From a virus (taxonomy: Duplodnaviria; Caudoviricetes): a stretch of 64,000 nt of DNA. Where the stretch lies: IMG/VR virus record IMGVR_UViG_3300025018_002598, positions 19,340 through 83,339 of that record. The stretch is one strand, 5' to 3'. A program made the position numbers and the translations under genes. This document shows, in pieces, positions 16,370 to 24,376 of this stretch (the first letter of the stretch is position 1; the number at the start of each line of letters is the position of its first letter). The notes under the pieces were generated by a model, which saw only the letters and a program-made list of their open reading frames with translations, was not told the origin of the DNA and ran no database searches.

Positions 16370-17572
16370 TCAACCTTGAATTGTTTTTTTTAAGTATTCT
16401 AAATACTTTTTACTAATATTATCCCAACTGTTATCATTACAGAATTTCTTCTGTTTTTCAATTACTTCATTGTAAAATTTTTCATCAGAAAAATACCTAT
16501 CTATAATCTTAGCAATTCCCTCTGGATTATCAGAAGAAGGAACTCCTATTGATTTTAAGTCGTCAAATAGGTGACACTCTCCAACAACAAGGGGAAGTCC
16601 AAAAGACATTGCTATCTTAGAGGCTCCAGAAGATCCTCTAACATCATGATCGGGATGTGTTTTGTAAGGAAGAACACAAACCTTATTTGTCTTAAGAGAC
16701 TCTGCCAAACCTTCGTCACTAATGAAACCTCTTACAATCCCTACATTATCATCGATCTCCAACTCTTCGACTATTTTCTTTAGTTTGTTATAGTATTCAT
16801 CATGGATATTTATATTGTTTTTATTCTCAGAAAAGAAACATGTAAGGTATATTTCTGGATACTTTTCAATCAGTATTTTTATAGATCTTATTGTTGATTC
16901 GAAATTCTTATAGGGAAAACCAAAACCATATTGAATGACAGTATGTTCTGTTTGATATAGATTCCAGTTCTTATCTAAATTCATTTCTGGACAACCATGA
17001 TGAATGACTTCGATAGAATTTGTATATCCCTTTTTTATCAAAAGTTCTTTTGCTTCTTCTGTATGCACAATTACATTTCTCAAAGGGCTTTCACAAAGAA
17101 ACTTATCTTTATGTTCATATACTGAATGCAATGCAACAACATATGGATAGTCTTGAATGAATGTCAATAAGTTATACCAATGAACAACGGTTGGAAATAT
17201 ACCGTATTCATGTTGAACTAATATGGCATCAGGATTAAACTGTTTAATCTCTTTCTTTAGATTTTTGATGGATTCTCTTCTTCTCCAGCAATAAACTACT
17301 TCTATGTCTTTGTAATTTTCTTTAGATGTTTCTGAATCGTTTTTTGTTTTATACTCTGAAAAAATCCTGATATTCTTATTTGTCTTTAGCATAGAGTCAA
17401 CTAGGAATTTAGAATACGTGCTAATTCCACATGACTGGTCCCAATTTGTAATCAAGGCAACTTTGAAATCCTTAAGAGATTTCATTTCTGATGAGTTTTG
17501 AAAGTTCATTGTATTCTCCTGTTCTTTCGAGAAACTGATTAACCTTTTCAGAACGTTCATATTGGACCTCAT
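16370..17572 (-). CDS. Glycosyltransferase, GT-B / GT4 family
   Basis: CGISTYS, ILVQHEYGIF, VEVIHHG, YGFGFPYKNFE and AMSFGLPLV motifs. The true start is probably 17509 or 17485. Confidence 0.85.
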   Translation of the reverse strand: MRSNMNVLKRLISFSKEQENTMNFQNSSEMKSLKDFKVALITNWDQSCGISTYSKFLVDSMLKTNKNIRIFSEYKTKNDSETSKENYKDIEVVYCWRRRESIKNLKKEIKQFNPDAILVQHEYGIFPTVVHWYNLLTFIQDYPYVVALHSVYEHKDKFLCESPLRNVIVHTEEAKELLIKKGYTNSIEVIHHGCPEMNLDKNWNLYQTEHTVIQYGFGFPYKNFESTIRSIKILIEKYPEIYLTCFFSENKNNINIHDEYYNKLKKIVEELEIDDNVGIVRGFISDEGLAESLKTNKVCVLPYKTHPDHDVRGSSGASKIAMSFGLPLVVGECHLFDDLKSIGVPSSDNPEGIAKIIDRYFSDEKFYNEVIEKQKKFCNDNSWDNISKKYLEYLKKTIQG

Positions 17573-18407
17573 TTAAGGATGTCAATATTTTATTTTTACT
17601 AAATTCATAATAATCAATATATGGAATTTCAAAATCTTTGCAAAATCTTTTTAGTTTTGAATGAAATCCTATACATATCGTTGGAATGTTATAGATTATA
17701 CCTAAGACCATTCCATGATATCTCATTGAAATCAAATATTTTGAGTTTTCAATTCTATTGATTATTTCATCTTCATTAGTAACTTCATCGAATTTTCTAT
17801 TTAAAGAATAACTGTTAATATTATGGTAAACATGAGAGTCATTGTGTTGACGTGTTCTTTGTAAAGGGTAAAAGCTTGTAGGTTTTTTGTATTCATCTAA
17901 GAATCTTGAGGTCTCTACACAAAATCTTTGATATTCTTGAAATTTAGATATACTAGAATTATTTCTAGGGACTACATTGGAGTTTGGAATGAAAATAAGA
18001 TCGGTTGGATTTCTTTTTCCATTCAAAACATAAGGTGGATTGAGAAAATTGATGTCTGGTAAAAGAATTACATTATCATGTTCTTCCTTTACAATATCAT
18101 AACTTTCAGAATCTCTTAATATTACTCTTTTTGAATTTGCTAAGAATTTTTTTTCATTAGCATGTGACAATGAGATAGACCAGAATTCAAATGGTCTATC
18201 TACATGCTTTAATACATCTGCCAATTCTCGGTGAAGAATATTTCCTCCACCAACAATAAGGTATTTGTATTTTTGTTCGCTTACTTTTTTTAAATCGAAA
18301 CTAAATTCTAATCTAAGACCATAGAAAAGTTTTTGAAAGGTTTGTTTAAACCATTCATCACCATAATTTCCCTGATTATACCAGCCATAAAAAAGAATGT
18401 CTGTCAT
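17472..18407 (-). CDS. Polysaccharide pyruvyltransferase-family protein
   Basis: GWYNQGNYGDE, LIVGGGN, ILRDSES, LLPD and ISMRYHGMVLG motifs. Confidence 0.85.
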   Translation of the reverse strand: MTDILFYGWYNQGNYGDEWFKQTFQKLFYGLRLEFSFDLKKVSEQKYKYLIVGGGNILHRELADVLKHVDRPFEFWSISLSHANEKKFLANSKRVILRDSESYDIVKEEHDNVILLPDINFLNPPYVLNGKRNPTDLIFIPNSNVVPRNNSSISKFQEYQRFCVETSRFLDEYKKPTSFYPLQRTRQHNDSHVYHNINSYSLNRKFDEVTNEDEIINRIENSKYLISMRYHGMVLGIIYNIPTICIGFHSKLKRFCKDFEIPYIDYYEFSKNKILTSLNEVQYERSEKVNQFLERTGEYNELSKLIRNEIS

Positions 18408-18419
18408 TATTCAAATCCT

Positions 18420-18683
18420 TTACCATCTAGATGTAATGAAAGAAACCTTGATTGGAAGCAAAGATTTTGTTGTAAGAGTAACTCTCTTGTAAGAAATTGA
18501 ATATGATAAAGAAAAATCATTATCAACACAAGAGGTTCCTTCTACATCAACTGACACATACACCTTTGATGGAGTAAATGGAAGTTTTATACTACTCTGT
18601 TGTTCTTCAGAAGAACCTTCTATTCTCACACTACCTAAATAGAAACCTAAAAAATAAGCGAAAAAATTAAATAAACATCTCAT
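18420..18683 (-). CDS. Small hypothetical protein
   Basis: 87 aa with a GGGG/GA RBS, in the same operon as the transferases. Confidence 0.55.
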   Translation of the reverse strand: MRCLFNFFAYFLGFYLGSVRIEGSSEEQQSSIKLPFTPSKVYVSVDVEGTSCVDNDFSLSYSISYKRVTLTTKSLLPIKVSFITSRW

Positions 18684-18719
18684 GGAAATATCCCCCTATG
18701 TAAATGACTCTTCTTCTAC

Positions 18720-18794
18720 TTTCGCAAAATAAAATTACAATTCCTTTTAGAGTTGTCGCTTTCTCGCAAGGAACATCGTATTTTTTTTTAGAAA
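18720..18794. promoter_or_regulatory. Divergent pair of putative SigH-type promoters
   Basis: Minus strand: AGGA(18745-42)-N18-GAAA(18723-20). Plus strand: AGGA(18769-72)-N18-GAAA(18791-94). Confidence 0.5.
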
Positions 18795-18823
18795 ACAATA
18801 TAAGTTGAAGGTGGAGAAAAGAA

Positions 18824-19399
18824 ATGGCTCAATTGCTTAAAAGAATAGTAGTTTCACAGAGAAGTAATGTCTTAATAGAGGACTTAGGAGTTTTCTTTAG
18901 AAATAGAGGAGACTCCAGAGATTTATTGGGAAACACTCTTCCTGGAAAAAACTATACAAAATTTAGCTTAGAAAAAATATGCTCTTCTCGATCTTTAGAT
19001 AGTTTGGTCAAGTCTGGTCATCTAAAGATATTTGACGAAAACGGAACGGAACTAAGTAGTGTCTCTGGAGGTTCTGGAGAACGTTCTACAAATTTAGCAA
19101 CGCTAAAAGACTTAGACGATTTACCTACGGGAAATGATCTTGGATATACAAATTATAGTTTCGTTGGTGATGGAGGGACGACATATTCAGTAAGGGACAT
19201 ATCTGGAATTTCGTCTATAAGATTCAAATCTAACTCTACTATTATCTATTTAAATGGACTTCCAATTTCAAGAGGCGTAGATTATGAAGAAGATGGAAAT
19301 CTTTATGAATTTTCACTCATAGACATTGGTTCCTCTGGACTTCCTGCCATACCTAACTCTCAGGACCAGTTTACGATAATCTTCAACAGAATACAATAG
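18824..19399 (+). CDS. Hypothetical protein, possibly structural
   Basis: 191 aa with a GGAG RBS and a beta-rich C-terminal half. Confidence 0.65.
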   Translation: MAQLLKRIVVSQRSNVLIEDLGVFFRNRGDSRDLLGNTLPGKNYTKFSLEKICSSRSLDSLVKSGHLKIFDENGTELSSVSGGSGERSTNLATLKDLDDLPTGNDLGYTNYSFVGDGGTTYSVRDISGISSIRFKSNSTIIYLNGLPISRGVDYEEDGNLYEFSLIDIGSSGLPAIPNSQDQFTIIFNRIQ

Positions 19400-19518
19400 A
19401 AATGCCTCAAGAAATCAAATAGAAAGGATCTCAGAGGTTTTAAATTAACGACTAATACATTGTGTCGTTATTTACCACAAGTCTCTTAAAAGACTTTATT
19501 TGACTTTCAATTTCATCA

Positions 19519-19544
19519 AGGTATTTTTGTATTCGATGTAGTAT
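19519..19544 (+). promoter_or_regulatory. Putative SigH-type promoter AGGT-N18-GTAT
   Basis: Intergenic, upstream of ORF 19583, with one mismatch to GAAT. Confidence 0.4.
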
Positions 19545-19582
19545 TTATAAGTGTAATTCTTTTTTATATTAGAGGAAAATTA

Positions 19583-20383
19583 ATGAAAAGATTAAGTCAA
19601 AACAACACTGGAACTAATTCCACCGTTTTTTTACCCAGAGATAAAAAGCCTAACTATATGAGTCCTTCTTTCGACAGAAGTCCTTCTGGTGTTGGTTCCA
19701 CTTCAGATCCAGAAACTACACCCTCAAAGGTTGAATTGCATAACTACAACCCAAATAGAAGAAAAGATAATTCTAGAATGAGCGTTATAAGTGACCTTCA
19801 GTTTATAGAAGATGTTAGGATAGGAATGCAAAGTTTTTTTCAAAATGCAATAAGTTCTCTTTACGGATTGCCTTCAACTAAATCTGTAATAGAAGAAATG
19901 CAAGAAATATTTTTTGGTTTCTTGGAGAACATGAAAGACAAATCTCAACCGATACCTAATCAGCCGGAAAAATCAGACGGTGATTCTCCTACCAAAATAA
20001 TAAATGCTCAAGTAGGATTGCCAGCACCTATCGTAGAACTTTTTAATCATTTCGAATATGTCTTAAATAACTTTATGCCAAAAGATACGGCCAGTAGATG
20101 GTTTGATGGTTTTTATATGAAAGTAATCAATACTTTTTCGGAAGAAATAAATAAAATAAAAGAGAGAGAGAATGAAAGTGAAGGTCAGTATCAAGATGCT
20201 GCCGATTCTAAATTCGCACTTCAAGAAGCATATGCTTTAAGTTTGGCAAAGAAGGTTTTATCTGGACTTGAAGGAAAAAAAGATATAGAATATAAAACTG
20301 TAATGGCAAGAATATCTAATGAATTACAAACTAATGGATTTCGGGCACCTTTTCAAATAACTTCATATAAGAAAAAGAGTTGA
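19583..20383 (+). CDS. Hypothetical protein
   Basis: 266-aa ORF with GAGG RBS. Confidence 0.65.
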   Translation: MKRLSQNNTGTNSTVFLPRDKKPNYMSPSFDRSPSGVGSTSDPETTPSKVELHNYNPNRRKDNSRMSVISDLQFIEDVRIGMQSFFQNAISSLYGLPSTKSVIEEMQEIFFGFLENMKDKSQPIPNQPEKSDGDSPTKIINAQVGLPAPIVELFNHFEYVLNNFMPKDTASRWFDGFYMKVINTFSEEINKIKERENESEGQYQDAADSKFALQEAYALSLAKKVLSGLEGKKDIEYKTVMARISNELQTNGFRAPFQITSYKKKS

Positions 20384-20403
20384 CTCATGAAAATCCCCCG
20401 CCT

Positions 20404-20736
20404 TCAAGTGGGAGATTCTTCTTTATTGATGTAACTAGAAGCGATTTCATTGGCACTTTCTAGCAATTCATTTGTATCGGGTAGAAATCCATTCCTCAGA
20501 TAATAAATATATTCGAGAATTGTAAGGATGGTATCTAAGTCATCTAGGTGAACAAGTTTATGATGTTTTTTACACAAAAAAACTATATTAGAACAGGAGT
20601 CGTTTCCGCCAAGAGAAACTGCGACAAAGTGGTGATATTCTTTTCCTCGTTCAATACAACAAGCGCATCTTCCTTTTTGTCGAAACCAAACTTGATCTTT
20701 CACTGCTTTAGGCAATTTCTTTCTTTTCATAAACAC
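20404..20736 (-). CDS. HNH endonuclease
   Basis: CACC..EYHHFVAVSLGGNDSCSNIVFLCKKHHKLVH. Confidence 0.85.
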   Translation of the reverse strand: MFMKRKKLPKAVKDQVWFRQKGRCACCIERGKEYHHFVAVSLGGNDSCSNIVFLCKKHHKLVHLDDLDTILTILEYIYYLRNGFLPDTNELLESANEIASSYINKEESPT

Positions 20737-20829
20737 ACCGTAATAAAGATAGATTATGGCTTTTGGCCATTATCACCTAGATACGATTCTAATCGTATTG
20801 TAAAATAGCAAGGTGAGAAATGAAAGACT

Positions 20830-21348
20830 ATGAATAACTCAATGAATATTAGACAAAATTCAATCTTGTTACTAAATAGAAATTTTCAGTTTCTAAACAT
20901 AATAAGTCTAAAAACATTTTTAAGACTTTGGTCAGTCAATAAAATTGAAGTCGTGAAATTTACTGACAAAGAATGGGTTCTTCATCCTAGAATTAAGATG
21001 AAATACCCTTCTGTTGCCGTAATGAAATATATGGTAAAGGCTCCTTATCGTGATATAAAATTATCACGTGAATCAATAATAAGGAGAGATGGTTGTGTGT
21101 GTCAATACACTGGTAAGAAACTAAAAAGGTCTGAGGTTGAAATCGATCACGTCATTCCGAGATCTCGTGGCGGAATGAACACTTGGGAAAACCTTGTTGT
21201 ATCAAGTAGAAAGTCTAACAATACAAAAGGTAATAGAACGCCTGAAGAAGCGGGAATGAAATTGATAAGGAAGCCACGTAAGCCCCATTTACATGAGATC
21301 CTTCAGGATTTTGATCGTGATGATTGGAGAGAATTTCTAGGATATTAA
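20830..21348 (+). CDS. HNH endonuclease (McrA-like, with LLLNxxF N-terminus)
   Basis: IIRRDGCVCQYTG..EIDHVIPRSRGGMNTWENLV..N..KGNRTP. Confidence 0.9.
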   Translation: MNNSMNIRQNSILLLNRNFQFLNIISLKTFLRLWSVNKIEVVKFTDKEWVLHPRIKMKYPSVAVMKYMVKAPYRDIKLSRESIIRRDGCVCQYTGKKLKRSEVEIDHVIPRSRGGMNTWENLVVSSRKSNNTKGNRTPEEAGMKLIRKPRKPHLHEILQDFDRDDWREFLGY

Positions 21349-22082
21349 ATTTTGATGTATTTGTCATCAGAAAATAAAATGTCTAAAACTTTCTCTCCAT
21401 ACTTTAAATATTCAAGCCATTGATCTTTTTGGTATTTTGATATAAATTCTTCATAAAGAGATAGGTTGCATTTAAGTGGGTTGGATTTCATTTTATTCAA
21501 CCGACTCTTTAAATCTTTGTATGATACTGCATTGTTTCTTTTAAATCTCAAATAAACTTCTAATTCCCCAAGGTGGGCTTTTTTTTCAATGGGATGGTTG
21601 TAGTAGTAACTGTAATATTCCTTGCCCCTAAGTTCCGAACAAGTGCGGTCATATATATTTATTTCTTTTTTGTTGAGAAAAAGATCATCATATCCATGTA
21701 CGAGTTCATGAGAAAATGTTCTAATCAAAGAAAGGATGTTTTCTTCACTTCTTTCTGAAATTATTTTTTTTACATTTTTTTTATTCAAAACCTTATTTAG
21801 ACCAGTTGATCCAAATATGGCAGGTAAAAAGAGATTGATATATATATTTTTGCTTCCTGAGAATTCAGTTTCCCCAAAACAATCTTTTGTATTTTGAAAA
21901 AATATTCTTACTGTTATTTTATTTCTTTTTGAAGATTTGTGATAATTTTTCCCCTTGCATTCAAAAGCAAAATCTTTAATCTCTCTTTTGCCAGCCGCTA
22001 TTCTCTCTAGATTGTACCATATATAACTACAGGCATCTTTTGTTAGAATCCACATGTAGTTTTTTATTATTAGATTCTCCAT
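21345..22082 (-). CDS. HExxH-motif (zincin-like) protein
   Basis: FSHELVHGY plus a downstream EKKA Glu. Start moved to MENLII at 22082. Confidence 0.55.
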   Translation of the reverse strand: MENLIIKNYMWILTKDACSYIWYNLERIAAGKREIKDFAFECKGKNYHKSSKRNKITVRIFFQNTKDCFGETEFSGSKNIYINLFLPAIFGSTGLNKVLNKKNVKKIISERSEENILSLIRTFSHELVHGYDDLFLNKKEINIYDRTCSELRGKEYYSYYYNHPIEKKAHLGELEVYLRFKRNNAVSYKDLKSRLNKMKSNPLKCNLSLYEEFISKYQKDQWLEYLKYGEKVLDILFSDDKYIKI

Positions 22083-22083
22083 T

Positions 22084-22515
22084 TTAATCACCCAATAGAA
22101 AACCATCTTGCCATAGCTCAACGTCAAGACAAGTAGATCTGAACATTGTATTTGCAAAGGAGACTGCTATTTCCTCTTCAAAAAAAGGAATAACTAAGAC
22201 ATTTAGATTTTTTCTATTTTTATTATATAGATGTGAAAGTTTTACATCATACTCTTTCATGATATAAAATTCTTGTTCTTTTTTCTTACAGGAGGAAATT
22301 AAGTCAAAGGCGTCATGTATCACTATACATGGCAATGATTTAAAATTCTCTTTTGTATAAGTCTCTATCAGATCTCTAAGAAAGAACTTATCTTCTTTAT
22401 TTTTTTCAAACTCTTTTTTGAAAGATTCGTAATCCAACTCCTTGTGGTGACTAACATGAAAAGAAAATAAATCATAAGATGACGCTGATAGAGCAAGACT
22501 TTTGTCGTTACTCAT
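22084..22515 (-). CDS. Hypothetical protein
   Basis: Start MSNDK at 22515, preceded by an AGGAGG RBS. Confidence 0.6.
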   Translation of the reverse strand: MSNDKSLALSASSYDLFSFHVSHHKELDYESFKKEFEKNKEDKFFLRDLIETYTKENFKSLPCIVIHDAFDLISSCKKKEQEFYIMKEYDVKLSHLYNKNRKNLNVLVIPFFEEEIAVSFANTMFRSTCLDVELWQDGFLLGD

Positions 22516-22529
22516 TGTATTCCTCCTAC

Positions 22530-23111
22530 TCAAAGGAGGCGGTTGATATTTTTCCATTCTTCTTTGATTAGAAAATCAATGGTATCTTTATCCAGATCAT
22601 TTCTTTGCTCTAATTCTTTTTTGAATTTTTCCAAATAATCAAGCCGTCCTCTGACCGTTTTTTGAAGTCGCTCTAAACGTAAAGACAAATTAAAATCAAT
22701 GAGTTCGTTTAAATGAGATACAATTTCTCTTATGAGGATAATTGCGTCCTCATTGATATTACTTGTATTCTCATTAAAGTTATCAGAATCCTCCGATGAT
22801 TTTCCTTCATCTGAGAAATCATCTCTTTCTTTACTTTTAGAGAAGTTCATGAAGTCACTCAAAAATGTATCAATTCCACTTCTTGCTTGATCATATTCAA
22901 AAACGCCTTTAAATATGTCGTTGGCAAGATATTCATTGAACATTGATATTTCTTTATAGACCCGATTAATCTTAGAATGAGACAATCTACTAAGGATTTC
23001 TTTTTTGACAACAAAAATTTCTTCTGTTCCAAAAGAATCCCATGTACTCTCTAGTAGAGAGTAGTCCTTATTTTCAAGTTGTTGTTGAAATTCTTCAATC
23101 TTGTGAAGCAT
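22530..23111 (-). CDS. Hypothetical protein
   Basis: 193-aa helical ORF in a minus-strand operon. Confidence 0.6.
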   Translation of the reverse strand: MLHKIEEFQQQLENKDYSLLESTWDSFGTEEIFVVKKEILSRLSHSKINRVYKEISMFNEYLANDIFKGVFEYDQARSGIDTFLSDFMNFSKSKERDDFSDEGKSSEDSDNFNENTSNINEDAIILIREIVSHLNELIDFNLSLRLERLQKTVRGRLDYLEKFKKELEQRNDLDKDTIDFLIKEEWKNINRLL

Positions 23112-23301
23112 CTTCTAGCGAGTCCTCTAAGTGAAGGACTTCCTTGCCTCTAGGAGTAATTCTATAAAAAATAGAATTACCCTTTTCTATCTTTCTGACA
23201 TATGCTTGTTTTTCAAGATAATTTGTTATTGAATCACTAGAGCGGTTTTCTTCTGGTTTTTCTTTGATTTCTCTAAGTCTTTCAAAAGGTGAATCTGCCA
23301 T
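23095..23301 (-). CDS. Small winged-helix-like protein
   Basis: YLEKQAYVRKIEKGNSIFYRITPRGKEVL pattern. Confidence 0.5.
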   Translation of the reverse strand: MADSPFERLREIKEKPEENRSSDSITNYLEKQAYVRKIEKGNSIFYRITPRGKEVLHLEDSLEDASQD

Positions 23302-23900
23302 TTTTCTTTACCTAATCTTTCTATGATTTTTTCAATGTTTCTTAAGTCTTCATGACTTGCCCTATAACATAGGTCATGATCTACTAGGCTTTCAAGGTTC
23401 CAAGGCCAACTTGGGACAATACAAACTACATCGTTTTTTTCTCGGAGAACTTCATTTACGGCAATAGAACTGTCATCAAAAAATATAGAATTGTCTTCGA
23501 TTGCGTATTTTTTATTCTCTGTATTTGCTGTTATCACTGGAATGCTATATCTAAAAGCACTTTTTGTGATTGCTTCAGCGCCACGTCTTGATTCTCTTGC
23601 AGTTATGGCTAGAACCTCATGACCATTCTCTACCATTCCTTTCAGGAATTCAACCAAATGGCCAGAAAATGAACAGGGGTGCCATTCTTTGTATGTATTA
23701 GCCAAATATACTGCTTCCCATATCTGATCGGTCGTCAGCCCATACTCTTTCTCATACAGAGAGAGATGTGAATCTGTGACTACTTTATCTTGTAACATAT
23801 CTATTTGTTTGAATTCACGATTATGAATACTCTTCAATGCTCTTAAAAAAGAAATCTCATAATCATGCATTACATAATCTATGTCTGTGTAAATCTTCAT
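23226..23900 (-). CDS. HAD-superfamily 5'(3')-nucleotidase-like protein
   Basis: IYTDIDYV motif I, AITAR motif II and IFFDDS motif IV. Confidence 0.75.
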   Translation of the reverse strand: MKIYTDIDYVMHDYEISFLRALKSIHNREFKQIDMLQDKVVTDSHLSLYEKEYGLTTDQIWEAVYLANTYKEWHPCSFSGHLVEFLKGMVENGHEVLAITARESRRGAEAITKSAFRYSIPVITANTENKKYAIEDNSIFFDDSSIAVNEVLREKNDVVCIVPSWPWNLESLVDHDLCYRASHEDLRNIEKIIERLGKEKWQIHLLKDLEKSKKNQKKTALVIQ

Positions 23901-24346
23901 GAATCAACATCCACCATATTCGTCATTTTGATTGCATAGAAGTAAAGAACGTGATACTCTACCCAATCCCTTTCTAATCCTTTTCTCACGATAGAGAATC
24001 CCACTTTTGTCAAACTGGAACTTGTATCGTCAAAGCAGTTTAAAGTAGGTGGTTCAGGATTGAAAGCATTAAGGCCAATTTCTCTCACTTCTTCCCTGTT
24101 GTAATTTTCTTCTATTATTTTTGACAAAGGGGTTAGAATGCCTTTTTCATTTTCTGTTTGAATCTTATTGGCAACCTTGGTGATTACTTTCCCAAGATCG
24201 CTTTCTTTTGAATAAAAAAATCCATCGCCTCTCAAAACCTCATAGGATGAGCTTTCATTGGGTGGAACGAAGTCTTCAACGATGAATTCATCTTCGTTGT
24301 AAAAATGATTTGAAACTTCTTCTATAATGTGAACAATGTAGGCCAT
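23897..24346 (-). CDS. Hypothetical protein
   Basis: 149-aa ORF coupled to its neighbours. Confidence 0.6.
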   Translation of the reverse strand: MAYIVHIIEEVSNHFYNEDEFIVEDFVPPNESSSYEVLRGDGFFYSKESDLGKVITKVANKIQTENEKGILTPLSKIIEENYNREEVREIGLNAFNPEPPTLNCFDDTSSSLTKVGFSIVRKGLERDWVEYHVLYFYAIKMTNMVDVDS

Positions 24347-24376
24347 TTGGTATTACCTTTCTTTAATAGATACGAC

